From positions 1 through 64,000 of IMG/VR virus record IMGVR_UViG_3300045988_145033: a DNA stretch of 64,000 bases; one strand, 5' to 3'. The first letter of the stretch is position 1. Each line of letters starts with the position of its first letter. Source of the stretch: a virus. Shown one piece after another: positions 29,058-38,307 of the stretch. Both the position numbers and the translations under genes were made by a program. The notes under the pieces were generated by a model. The model had not been told where the DNA came from and ran no database searches. It was given only the letters and a program-made list of their open reading frames with translations.

Positions 29058-29648
29058 TTATTTTTCCTCCTTTTTAGATTTATTAAAACCTATTATTCTT
29101 TTAAGAATTATTGCATTTTTATTAGAAAGTACAGATGCTATATCTTTTATGAACATAGCTGTTTTGTCTCTCACTTCCGGATTTAAAGTTTCTCCATACT
29201 TTATAGCGTCTTCATCTGTAAGCTTATAATGTTCTATAAAGTCATGTAGTATTCTAAATCCATTATAATACACATCATATGTGTATCTAGCTTGTAGCAT
29301 TTCTTGTAATATGTAGTTTGCTAGATATTCATAGGACATAATTTTACATTCGTGCAAAAGTATCAAATCCTTATCAGTTAGAGAATTTTCTTCTTTAAGT
29401 TTAGCACCTTCACTTATAAGCATATAAGATACAGCTTCTTCAGTCATATCCTCTTTAACCATCGGATATCTTTCTAAAAGATTATTAAAATATTCATTCA
29501 CTTCTTCCTTTGTAACAGTTATACCAGCTTTTGTCATACGCTCTTTATTCTCATCTTCTAAGTCACAAATGTCGTAGAAAGTATGCTTTAAAATCTTTTT
29601 GTTCAAAAATGGTAAAGTTCCTCTTAGTATCAAATTCTTATTTATCAT
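29058..29648 (-). CDS. hypothetical protein (196 aa), paralog of 28523..29056
   Basis: see paralog alignment. Confidence 0.6.
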   Translation of the reverse strand: MINKNLILRGTLPFLNKKILKHTFYDICDLEDENKERMTKAGITVTKEEVNEYFNNLLERYPMVKEDMTEEAVSYMLISEGAKLKEENSLTDKDLILLHECKIMSYEYLANYILQEMLQARYTYDVYYNGFRILHDFIEHYKLTDEDAIKYGETLNPEVRDKTAMFIKDIASVLSNKNAIILKRIIGFNKSKKEEK

Positions 29649-29660
29649 ATTTATTCCTCC

Positions 29661-31514
29661 TTATTCTTCTTCTCTAAACTCATCTAAACCATCATCATCA
29701 ATTTCTTCAGCGTGTTCATTATCATAAATTGAGTTTACCCATTCTGTAGCTGATTCTATGAAGTCTTCGCTGTACATATCATTTTCTGGTTTATTTGGAT
29801 TAGTAACTATATTAATTAGTATATCATATATTAGTTGTCCTTCTTCCTCATCGCTTACTGAGTTTTCGTCCATTTTAGACACTTCCCCATTTCCCACAAA
29901 TAGTATATCAGGATTTACAAGAACGAACGCTTCATAGTTATTATCATATGTAGGTTTACCATATTTCTTTATAAATGGTATTAATTTCTTATTTGCTCTA
30001 TCAATATACCATAGATTTTCTATATCTTCTTTTACAATTTCTTCTTCTCCATCAACCTTAGTAAAATCTACTACATTTGGTGCAGTTTCTACTTTCGGTT
30101 CTCCAGCTGATGTATTGAATACTCTCATTATTTCATCACCGAATGGAGTTCCTAACTTTTCTCCAGTTGCTGTATTGTGAGTATACGCTTCTTTAGGGAA
30201 GATTGTATCATTTATTCTTTTCATATCATCAGCTTTCATAGGTTCAGCATACATCTTGCCGTCTTCCCCTTTAACCATTCTAACGCTTCCGCCTCTTAGG
30301 TTATGTGCATCTTTTGCTACATCATTTAGAGCAAACATTGCAGGTATTCCTTCTATTGGTGAAGGTGTATCAGCTGACGCTGTAAGTGTAGCTTTAGAGA
30401 AATCTGGCTTCTTATTTAGAACTCCTTTATCTCCAGCTTTCTTTAAAGTTACTGTAGGCTTTCCATTCTTACCAAATGTACTAACTGGTTTTTCTTCTTT
30501 CTTTTCCTCTTTAAGTTTTGCACCTTCTGGTATAAGAGAAGACTCAGGTGATTTAGCAAATTCAGCTACTTGTCTTTTCATTTCAGTAATAGCTGGGTCT
30601 TCCCCTTCTTTATTCTCAGCTTCTATTTCTTCCTTAGTAGGAGCATTTACTATCTTGACTTCAACTTCCTTACCGTCTATGAAAGTTTTAGTTTTACCAT
30701 CAGTTTGAATAATACCAGCAAGTCTTTCTAATTCTTCATCTGACATAGCATTTACTTCTTCAGCTGTATATTTCTTAGATTTAATTAAAGTCTTTTTCTT
30801 TTCTAGTTCCTCAGCTGATTTCATAGCACGAGCTACTACATCATCTGCAAGAAGTGCACCGTTTTCATCTTCTTCATAATCCCCACCAAGTTTAGCTATA
30901 TCACTTTCGTTTATAGTATATGGTCTTCCATTAACTCTAACGTCTGAGTTCTCGCCTTCTTTTGTAGGGTGGAACATGGAAGCTACTTTTTCTAAATCTG
31001 CTTTTGTATTAGCTTCGTTATTTAGTTCTATTACAACTTTTCTTAATGAGCTTATAAACTCGTCTAATCTCTTTATAAGATTGTATAAATCTACACCCCA
31101 AGTTCTACCACATTCTAATTCGCTCTTTTCATCAAATGTGTCACAAGCTAGCATATAATTTAGTAGGTTTATGCTACCATTATATAGAGAAGTCTCTACT
31201 GAATTTTCATTCATTGTATCCATATCTATTACTTTGTATTCATCATCGCTACAAGTTATCTTAAATTTACCTGTATCTAAAATACCATTAGGTCCTATTA
31301 TTAATAGATTAGATTTTTTAATTCTTTTCTTTTCATCTTCTTGTATCGCCAAGAAACTGCTTCCGTTACTCTTTATAAATCTATCACAAGCTATATCTGT
31401 AATAAAAGATACAACTGTGTGAAGATGCTCATTTATCTTATTTCTTTTCACAAGTTTTTCTTTACTGCTTTCTAAAAAGTTCATATATTCATTTACATTA
31501 TTTATTAAGTTCAT
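29661..31514 (-). CDS. hypothetical protein (about 617 aa; ATG 31514 behind AAAGGAGG RBS)
   Basis: long ORF; no GHKL/Toprim motifs. Confidence 0.6.
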   Translation of the reverse strand: MNLINNVNEYMNFLESSKEKLVKRNKINEHLHTVVSFITDIACDRFIKSNGSSFLAIQEDEKKRIKKSNLLIIGPNGILDTGKFKITCSDDEYKVIDMDTMNENSVETSLYNGSINLLNYMLACDTFDEKSELECGRTWGVDLYNLIKRLDEFISSLRKVVIELNNEANTKADLEKVASMFHPTKEGENSDVRVNGRPYTINESDIAKLGGDYEEDENGALLADDVVARAMKSAEELEKKKTLIKSKKYTAEEVNAMSDEELERLAGIIQTDGKTKTFIDGKEVEVKIVNAPTKEEIEAENKEGEDPAITEMKRQVAEFAKSPESSLIPEGAKLKEEKKEEKPVSTFGKNGKPTVTLKKAGDKGVLNKKPDFSKATLTASADTPSPIEGIPAMFALNDVAKDAHNLRGGSVRMVKGEDGKMYAEPMKADDMKRINDTIFPKEAYTHNTATGEKLGTPFGDEIMRVFNTSAGEPKVETAPNVVDFTKVDGEEEIVKEDIENLWYIDRANKKLIPFIKKYGKPTYDNNYEAFVLVNPDILFVGNGEVSKMDENSVSDEEEGQLIYDILINIVTNPNKPENDMYSEDFIESATEWVNSIYDNEHAEEIDDDGLDEFREEE

Positions 31515-32046
31515 TTTCAAATGCCTCCTTTATAATAGTTACTCCAAAAATATTAAGATTATGTATTCTTTCTTGTAAGTCAAACAATTCTTCTCCGAAC
31601 AATAACCCATTTTTCATACCATTTTTACCTATACTCGTTTTATACACATAATCGCAGAAAGCTATTGCACCTTTATGCTCAAGCTCATCTTGATGTGCTA
31701 AACCACCACTTAAATATAAAACTGTATATAATCCAGTCTTATCGACTTTAATATGTTTATTCATAAATACATCTTTAGGTCCTAGCAGTACAAGAGTTAT
31801 ATTACTATTCTTTTCATCGTCACGAATATTTATAATACTATTTCCACCACTTTCTAAATGCTTCTTAGCTAGTATATTTGTAAGAATATTCTGTATAGCT
31901 CTCATTCTAAATCCTAGAGTATCTTCCTTTACATACTTGTCTCTATTCCTTTCTACATCTTCAACTTTCTCTCTCAAGTTCTCAATAGTGTGTCCTTTTA
32001 TTAAAGATTCACCGTTATTAACTTTTCTTTTTGCTTTTCTACCCAT
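31498..32046 (-). CDS. hypothetical protein (182 aa)
   Basis: ORF; 17-nt overlap with downstream gene. Confidence 0.6.
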   Translation of the reverse strand: MGRKAKRKVNNGESLIKGHTIENLREKVEDVERNRDKYVKEDTLGFRMRAIQNILTNILAKKHLESGGNSIINIRDDEKNSNITLVLLGPKDVFMNKHIKVDKTGLYTVLYLSGGLAHQDELEHKGAIAFCDYVYKTSIGKNGMKNGLLFGEELFDLQERIHNLNIFGVTIIKEAFENELNK

Positions 32047-32118
32047 TTTCTTCCTCCTTAAAATTTTAAATATATTGGGTAGGTTTCCCTACCCAATTCT
32101 TAGTTTATAATATATAAG
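32047..32118 (-). promoter_or_regulatory. promoter-like box TTATATATTATAAAC followed by leader hairpin ttgggtaggGAAAcctacccaa and extended RBS
   Basis: unusual order box-hairpin-RBS (elsewhere hairpin precedes box). Confidence 0.35.
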
Positions 32119-32760
32119 TTATTTTTTATCCTTTGCTTCAGCCTTTTCTTTAGGTGGTTCTATCTTTTCAATTAAAGACTTAATTTCAGCTTCGATAGTC
32201 TTTACATTAGGAAGATTTTCTTTAAATAGACTTTGTAAAATTCTTGCATAAATCTTCATTTCTTTTAGTTTTCTTACTAAGTCTTTCTTATCATCTTCTG
32301 ATAAGTCTTTTAATGATTTGTCTGATTGTAAACTATCAGAAACTTCAGTTATGAGTTTGATATTAAGAGATGCTCCTTGTAGTTCAGATAAGTAGTAATC
32401 TATCTTACCAAACTCAGATGCAACTTTAGGTTCTTCAGGAATAACTCCTTTTAAACCATTCTTTAAACCTTCAATCATAGAAATAATTTTATCTCCTCTT
32501 CTTTTAGATAAAACCTTTTCTTTAACCGGACCTATTAAATATTGAGAAACATAGTCAGCAAGTATTTTCGCTGTTTTCTTTTCTTCAATATCATTAAGCA
32601 TCTCCATAACTGCTTCAGGTTCATGTTTTAATACATCTTCCTTTTTACCTTCTTTTGAAAGTAACTTATCTAGCATTAGTTTTGCAAACATTACTAAACC
32701 TACTTTCATATTCACTTCTCTTGGTGTTAATTCCTTCTTTTCTTTTAATTCTTTAGACAT
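32119..32760 (-). CDS. hypothetical lysine/glutamate-rich protein (213 aa)
   Basis: ORF. Confidence 0.6.
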   Translation of the reverse strand: MSKELKEKKELTPREVNMKVGLVMFAKLMLDKLLSKEGKKEDVLKHEPEAVMEMLNDIEEKKTAKILADYVSQYLIGPVKEKVLSKRRGDKIISMIEGLKNGLKGVIPEEPKVASEFGKIDYYLSELQGASLNIKLITEVSDSLQSDKSLKDLSEDDKKDLVRKLKEMKIYARILQSLFKENLPNVKTIEAEIKSLIEKIEPPKEKAEAKDKK

Positions 32761-32790
32761 TTTTAATTCCTCCTTATTTATTTTATAATC

Positions 32791-33060
32791 TTATCTGTCT
32801 TTATATCTTTTTAGAAATCTCGTAAGCTTTTCTTCGTAAGCGTCAAGAATAGAATCTTTAGTCTCATCAGAAAGCTTCTCAAATCTCAATCTACTTTTTA
32901 GTTTACTAAAATCTTCGATTAAGTATTCTAAATCTTCCACAAATGGTGTTTTAGGTTTAGAAACTAATATACTTCCTACTGGAAGTTTATTATCGGTTTC
33001 ATCAACTACTTTAAGTCCATATCTGTCTCCAATGTTTAAAAATGTAGCGTTTTCTTTCAT
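32791..33060 (-). CDS. hypothetical protein (89 aa)
   Basis: ORF. Confidence 0.5.
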   Translation of the reverse strand: MKENATFLNIGDRYGLKVVDETDNKLPVGSILVSKPKTPFVEDLEYLIEDFSKLKSRLRFEKLSDETKDSILDAYEEKLTRFLKRYKDR

Positions 33061-33200
33061 TTTTGTTCCTCCTTTTTATTCTTATCTATTAAAACCATAG
33101 TTAAAAACTTTGCCATTTCCTTTATAGGAATTTTATCTTTACCTTCCCTTGCTGCTTCTCCTGTATAGGTATTTAGTCTTGGAATTCTGTGTAGGTTCAT
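33057..33200 (-). CDS. small ORF (47 aa), ATGA-coupled to downstream gene
   Basis: AAGAGGTGATATTCT-ATG RBS; below ORF-track cutoff. Confidence 0.35.
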   Translation of the reverse strand: MNLHRIPRLNTYTGEAAREGKDKIPIKEMAKFLTMVLIDKNKKEEQK

Positions 33201-33538
33201 AGAATATCACCTCTTATTGATTGTGTATAATATTCTCTTAATATTTCTGAATCGCTTTTACCATCGTCCTTTCTACCTTGCTTAAGTTCTTCTATTAAAT
33301 CTTTATGAATAACTCTTACTATATCATCTTCTATTGTAGGTGGTCTAAATACCACCTCATCTTTCTTGGGTTCTTTATACCCAATATATTCCTTTACAGC
33401 TTCCCCTTGTTCTATCCATTTTTGAGCAAGTTCACCTTCAGGGTGTGTTATGAATTCCATTATATTTTCTTCATTTTCTACCATAAATTTATTTATCAAA
33501 CTCATTACTAATTTATTACTCATTTCTGTTACCTCCAT
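33197..33538 (-). CDS. hypothetical protein (113 aa)
   Basis: ORF. Confidence 0.55.
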   Translation of the reverse strand: MEVTEMSNKLVMSLINKFMVENEENIMEFITHPEGELAQKWIEQGEAVKEYIGYKEPKKDEVVFRPPTIEDDIVRVIHKDLIEELKQGRKDDGKSDSEILREYYTQSIRGDIL

Positions 33539-35444
33539 TTTTCTTATTATCTTCTTCTATTTCCTTTTTGTATTTTTCTTCATAAGCTTTCTTGTATGCT
33601 TCATGGTTACTTCTATCGGCATATAATACATCATAGTTCATATGTGATACAGGTTTAAAGTTATCAGGAGATGTCATAACCTCATCAAAGTATCCATAAC
33701 ATAACTTATTTACTATTCCTGTATTATTAACTATACCCTTTTTGTATCCTACAAATGTATAAGACTCATCATCTCTTAAATCTCTTGACCAATCAGGCTT
33801 ATACATTTCTTTGTCTTTATTAGTCACAAATAGACAGTTCTTTAATACAGTTTCTCCAACTATGTATGGAGATTTTAAAAGCTTATTAAGTTCAGCTACT
33901 GGGTCTTTAAACTTAGCTGGATTTTCAAATATAGCCTTTATTTCATTGTATACTTTAGACTTTCTTTTGTTCTTATATACAACGTGCAAGAAGTTATCAT
34001 CTCTTAGCTCAAGTACACCGTCAGTTTCTACAGGGTACACCATTCCATTTACTTCTACGTCAAATCCGTTATAGCATACTCTTTGACTGTCTTTTCTTGG
34101 GTCATCTATTCTATACTTTTCATTTATCACAATAGTACCATTACAGTATATAATATCTGTGTGCTTAACTTGGACATCGATAGTATTATCGTGTCTAAAT
34201 ATTATATTTTCTATAATAGTTATCATATTGTGCTTAGATGATAGATAGTTTTGACCCTCTGGTGCAATGTACTGCTTTACAAACTGAACTCCTAAATTCA
34301 TATTAGCACCAAGTGGTCCTTTTACATTATCAAAATATGTATGCTCTCCTGTACAGTATCTACATATACCTTCTTTAGAATTACAAGTAAAAGGACTTCT
34401 AACCTTAATAGTTTTCCCAATTAAGTCAGTTCTATCTTTAGTTATAAGCTCGATATCTCTTGGGTGATTACTGTCGTGTATCATATATCTATCATTTAGC
34501 TTATCAAGAACTTCTTGTGATTCTACAAAGTATTCTACATATGCTTTTGAATCACACATATAATCTGGATTAGGATTTAAGTAGTTTGGATTGTTAAGAT
34601 ATGATATAGTCTTTTGAAATGCACCCGGGTCTTTTATCTCAAGTTTAGTTATTATAGTTGCACATCTTGAGATATATGATTCATAATAGAAGCTCTCAGG
34701 TGTTGATATTCCACGAAGCCAAGACTCTTTCTCTATATTAGGTATAACTTCATCTTGGTCGGGACGAGAACCTATCATAAACAGACAGTCAACAAACTGT
34801 GCAAGACGAAGTCCAGTTCCTGCTTTTACAAGAGAACGCAAAGGTTGTATATCTTTTTCTTCGACTACTTTTGATATGTAATCAAGTGTGTGCTTTTTAA
34901 GTTCTTCCACTTCAAATAAACTCATATCGTCTCTTTTAACTGGACCGTTTATAATCCAGTCTTTAAGGGTTTCATCAGCATCACAAAGTTCAAATATATC
35001 AAGCATTGATATATCTATCATCTTTTTATTATCGACTACCCAAGCAAACTGAACAAACGCTTCTTTTATTTCACCTACGATAGATGCTACGTCAAAGAAC
35101 TTCATATTCATTCTATTAAAGCACTCATCTTTCACCATTTCCACATATTCATTTTGACTATCAACATTACCAGAACCCGTGAATATAAAATCCTCAAGTC
35201 TTTGCTCTTGTCCGTCGAGTATATGGTGCTTATCAAGAGTTGTAAATAAAAGCCAGTTCATAATAGCTTTAGCAAACTTCATTTTAGCTATCTTCTCACC
35301 TTTATAAGTTACAGTAACTCTAGTTTCAAGCTTTCCTATATCCCAGTAATCATCAACAAACAACTTTGGTGAAAACTCTGCAATAAGTGGTAAACCTAGT
35401 TCATTTACCTTACTCCAGACATCTGCCATTACTTCATTCTTCAT
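33516..35444 (-). CDS. multisubunit RNA polymerase beta'-like subunit, C-terminal fragment (bridge-helix and trigger-loop region) - split phage RNAP subunit
   Basis: KVRSPFTCNSKEGICRYCTG matches RpoC VRSVVSCDTDFGVCAHCYG; TPESFYYESYISR aligns with bridge-helix TALKTANSGYLTR; no NADFDGD motif, so N-terminal half is elsewhere. Confidence 0.55.
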   Translation of the reverse strand: MKNEVMADVWSKVNELGLPLIAEFSPKLFVDDYWDIGKLETRVTVTYKGEKIAKMKFAKAIMNWLLFTTLDKHHILDGQEQRLEDFIFTGSGNVDSQNEYVEMVKDECFNRMNMKFFDVASIVGEIKEAFVQFAWVVDNKKMIDISMLDIFELCDADETLKDWIINGPVKRDDMSLFEVEELKKHTLDYISKVVEEKDIQPLRSLVKAGTGLRLAQFVDCLFMIGSRPDQDEVIPNIEKESWLRGISTPESFYYESYISRCATIITKLEIKDPGAFQKTISYLNNPNYLNPNPDYMCDSKAYVEYFVESQEVLDKLNDRYMIHDSNHPRDIELITKDRTDLIGKTIKVRSPFTCNSKEGICRYCTGEHTYFDNVKGPLGANMNLGVQFVKQYIAPEGQNYLSSKHNMITIIENIIFRHDNTIDVQVKHTDIIYCNGTIVINEKYRIDDPRKDSQRVCYNGFDVEVNGMVYPVETDGVLELRDDNFLHVVYKNKRKSKVYNEIKAIFENPAKFKDPVAELNKLLKSPYIVGETVLKNCLFVTNKDKEMYKPDWSRDLRDDESYTFVGYKKGIVNNTGIVNKLCYGYFDEVMTSPDNFKPVSHMNYDVLYADRSNHEAYKKAYEEKYKKEIEEDNKKNGGNRNE

Positions 35445-35697
35445 TTGAATCCTCCCAATTATTAAATATTACTCTTTTTATAATCTTACTAAGCTTTTGA
35501 TTAAAAGCCTTTTTAACAAGATTATTCTCCGATAGAAGCTCTTTTCTATACTTTACAAAAGCTTCTCTTTCATATTCAGACTCCTCAGCCTGAATATCCT
35601 TCCAATCTTTCATAAACTCATCATAATCCTTTTCAATATCAAGGTTCATAATTCTCTCATTGAATTTCCTTACAATTTCTTTAGTTACTTTCTTCAT
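35434..35697 (-). CDS. hypothetical protein (87 aa)
   Basis: first ORF of early-type unit, promoter box 35742-35756. Confidence 0.5.
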   Translation of the reverse strand: MKKVTKEIVRKFNERIMNLDIEKDYDEFMKDWKDIQAEESEYEREAFVKYRKELLSENNLVKKAFNQKLSKIIKRVIFNNWEDSNEE

Positions 35698-35780
35698 TTT
35701 AATTCCTCCTTAAAATTTGTATTATTTAATCGTTTGCTACATTTATAATATATATGTCAAATATTGTTATTTTGGAACAT

Positions 35781-35812
35781 AAAAAAAAATAAAGGTGAGG
35801 ATAAACCCCACC
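35781..35812 (-). terminator. intrinsic terminator ggtggggTTTATcctcacc + U-run (copy 2)
   Basis: identical to 10015-10033. Confidence 0.7.
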
Positions 35813-35819
35813 AATATCT

Positions 35820-36479
35820 TTATTCTTCTTCAATATCATCTTCATCATCACAACCAAAGAAATCATCAAAGAAGTATTGAGGCTCTATATATTCATACCC
35901 TCTTTTGATTTCTCTAGTCAGTCTATGACTATCTTTGATTGTGAACCAGTACACATTGCCCACATCAAATACTTGTCCATTTGAAAGGACTATAAGTTCG
36001 TCCCATTCTCCAGAACCATATCTGATTTTCTTATGTCCATTAGGCATGTAGAAATAATGTTCAGTACCATCACTGAAAGTGTACTTTTCCCACTTCTTTG
36101 AATTGTGTGGGTTGTACAAACCTCTTATAGTTTTCCAGATGTACTTACTATTAATAATACAATAGTCATCTGGATGATTTGTATATTTCAACTTTTCTGC
36201 ACCACTTAATATCTTGCCATAGTCTCCAATCCATAGATACGGACTTAATACTGTGATTGCAGAAATATTGAATTTTTCACATTCCTTTATTATTAAAGAA
36301 ACGTACTTCATATTTCTGCTGTGATATTTCTTTAGAGAAGCTCTGTACTTTCTATCTCTGTCTGATATAACTTCTCCAAAGTAACTTACATCGAATCCAG
36401 CAATCTTTGCGATTTTTCTGAATTCTTTAACTAATTTTTCATCTTCCCATTTTTCTTTTAAGTTTGCAAATTTGTTCAT
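35820..36479 (-). CDS. hypothetical protein (219 aa)
   Basis: ORF with family-B leader. Confidence 0.6.
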   Translation of the reverse strand: MNKFANLKEKWEDEKLVKEFRKIAKIAGFDVSYFGEVISDRDRKYRASLKKYHSRNMKYVSLIIKECEKFNISAITVLSPYLWIGDYGKILSGAEKLKYTNHPDDYCIINSKYIWKTIRGLYNPHNSKKWEKYTFSDGTEHYFYMPNGHKKIRYGSGEWDELIVLSNGQVFDVGNVYWFTIKDSHRLTREIKRGYEYIEPQYFFDDFFGCDDEDDIEEE

Positions 36480-36491
36480 AATTAAAACCTC

Positions 36492-36563
36492 CTAAGTTTT
36501 ATTAAAATTAAATTATGGCTTCTCCCCGTTGGATTGCCTTATCTACGAATATAATATATAAAC
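36492..36563 (-). promoter_or_regulatory. early-type box + family B leader (copy 2)
   Basis: see 11615-11690. Confidence 0.55.
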
Positions 36564-36590
36564 AAAAAAAAAATAACGTGAATAGGATAA

Positions 36591-36623
36591 TAAAAAAAAA
36601 ATAAAGGCTAGGAAAACCTAGCC
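36591..36623 (-). terminator. intrinsic terminator ggctaggTTTTcctagcc + U-run (copy 2)
   Basis: identical to 10884-10901. Confidence 0.75.
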
Positions 36624-36630
36624 AATATCT

Positions 36631-37197
36631 TTACTTATTTGGTATTAGATTGCTGTGTCTCTTTTTGTGTCTAAGAGACTTATAAAGAATAAGAAAGCTT
36701 GATAACTTAACTTTAACCTTCTTATTCTTTTTAAAGCAAATTTTAGCACTATTTAAGCCTTGAGGGATTTTTGTAAGAATATACCCCTTTCCAGCTTTAT
36801 ATTCTAAAGTTTCCCAGTCAGGAACAGCCTTTTCAACTTTGTTCCCGATTTTAAAAGTTTCTGTGAAGTTAGTAGCAACTCCACGTTTCAAATCTACAGA
36901 ATAGTAACCACCGTGTTGCCATAGTGATACTATGTCGGCAGTTTTTAATTCTTTCTCAAAATATTTTATATCACGAATGTACCCGTCCCAAACCATTTGA
37001 AATGGTCCTTCGTAGTAGATACAATCGTAGTCTTGATAACAAGTTTCAGGCTTGCCTCTGTATATACAAGACTTTTTGCTGTGTCTTATACTTCTTTTAC
37101 CGAAGTATAAATCGAATGTAGGCTCAACCCTTGTAGCCTCATCGAACATGATTTTCCCTAACTTTCTCATTTTTGCAACCAATTTAATATTTCTCAT
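36631..37197 (-). CDS. hypothetical protein (188 aa)
   Basis: ORF with family-B leader. Confidence 0.6.
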   Translation of the reverse strand: MRNIKLVAKMRKLGKIMFDEATRVEPTFDLYFGKRSIRHSKKSCIYRGKPETCYQDYDCIYYEGPFQMVWDGYIRDIKYFEKELKTADIVSLWQHGGYYSVDLKRGVATNFTETFKIGNKVEKAVPDWETLEYKAGKGYILTKIPQGLNSAKICFKKNKKVKVKLSSFLILYKSLRHKKRHSNLIPNK

Positions 37198-37204
37198 TTC
37201 TAAA

Positions 37205-37280
37205 ACCTCCTAAAGTTTTTAAATTAAATTATGGCTTCTCCCCATTGGATTGCCTTTGTCTTAGTATATAATATATAAAC
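37205..37280 (-). promoter_or_regulatory. early-type box + family B leader (copy 3)
   Basis: see 11615-11690. Confidence 0.55.
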
Positions 37281-37309
37281 AAAAAAAAAAATACTGTAAG
37301 AATAATAAA

Positions 37310-37349
37310 TAAAAAAAAAAAATAAGAGGACGGGCGTAGCAAACCCGTC
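37310..37349 (-). terminator. intrinsic terminator gacgggTTTGCTACGcccgtc + 15-nt U-run
   Basis: hairpin + T-run on minus strand. Confidence 0.7.
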
Positions 37350-37359
37350 GTTATTTATA

Positions 37360-38112
37360 TTAGAAGATTTCGAAACCACCTTTCCAGTAGTTTCTAGTCC
37401 CTATCTTAAGAGTAGGAAACTCTTCCTTTATCGCTTGTGCGATATGAGTAACATCGTCCATTTCGGGCACGGGGAAATCACACCCTTGGACTTTATTATA
37501 CTTTCTAAGCGTCCAGAATACATTATCGAACTTAGATATGACACTTGCGATTTCTCTAAGTTCGTCAAGGCTTGTGTCTCCGAATACTGGAGTTCTTATA
37601 TCAACTAAAACTCCATTTTCTTGACACAATTTAATAATTCTTTCTTGGTCCATAACTGGTTTGGCAACTCCAGTTATTTTAACCAATCTGTCACTATAGA
37701 ATGCCTTGAAATCTATAGCAACATAGTCTAGGTATTTTACTAGACTTTTAACTAGCCCATAACTGCTACCATTATGAGCTATTGATATTTTTTGTCCAAA
37801 TTTGTTCATTACATATTGGGCTATATGTAATGATTCAGAAGGATAAGCCGCGGGGTCTCCCCCGCTTAATCTAATCCTTCTTCCTTTAGAAGCTTCAATA
37901 TCTATCAAAGCTTCTAAGTCACTCATTTTAATGTCGTGAGTGTTGATGACGTTGCCAGCATCATCGTAGAATTGACAGTCCCTTTTACAGTAAGGACAAC
38001 TGTAATTACAATCACCAAAAGAAACGATTGCCATTTCTTCTGGTGTTCTATTGAATGCTTGTAGGAAGTAAGCCTTTCTCACTTCCAAATTTTTTCTTTT
38101 AATTAATTTCAT
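37360..38112 (-). CDS. radical SAM activating enzyme, NrdG-like (anaerobic ribonucleotide reductase / glycyl-radical enzyme activase family)
   Basis: CNYSCPYC (CxxxCxxC) cluster and RIRLSGGDPAAYP matching NrdG GISLSGGDPLHP. Confidence 0.6.
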   Translation of the reverse strand: MKLIKRKNLEVRKAYFLQAFNRTPEEMAIVSFGDCNYSCPYCKRDCQFYDDAGNVINTHDIKMSDLEALIDIEASKGRRIRLSGGDPAAYPSESLHIAQYVMNKFGQKISIAHNGSSYGLVKSLVKYLDYVAIDFKAFYSDRLVKITGVAKPVMDQERIIKLCQENGVLVDIRTPVFGDTSLDELREIASVISKFDNVFWTLRKYNKVQGCDFPVPEMDDVTHIAQAIKEEFPTLKIGTRNYWKGGFEIF

Positions 38113-38119
38113 TTTGTTA

Positions 38120-38204
38120 CCTCCTCAGGTATATTAAATTTAGACGGTGAGCTCTTAAGCCTTCTTAAGTTTACTCTTGTCCCTACATTTATTATATATA
38201 ATTG
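38120..38204 (-). promoter_or_regulatory. early-type box + family C conserved leader containing hairpin CUUAAGAAGGCUUAAG
   Basis: homologous about 85-nt element at 51075-51160 with compensatory C/G swap in hairpin closing pair. Confidence 0.55.
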
Positions 38205-38257
38205 AAAAAAAAACGTAGAAATTACAGCTAATGATTAAAGGAACATAGAAAAAATAA

Positions 38258-38305
38258 GAGAAAGTATACTCTTATATCACCTCCTTGAGTATCTTTCTCT
38301 TAAAA
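38258..38305 (-). terminator. intrinsic terminator (14-bp stem agagaaagatactc / gagtatactttctct) + U-run after micropeptide ORF
   Basis: long near-perfect inverted repeat followed by TATTTTTTCT on minus strand. Confidence 0.6.
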
Positions 38306-38307
38306 AG

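Noticed and set aside
29661-31514. 617-aa protein as the topoisomerase B/ATPase subunit
   Set aside because: No GHKL (ExxxN, DxGxG, GxxGxG) or Toprim (EGDSA, PLRGK) motifs found by eye.
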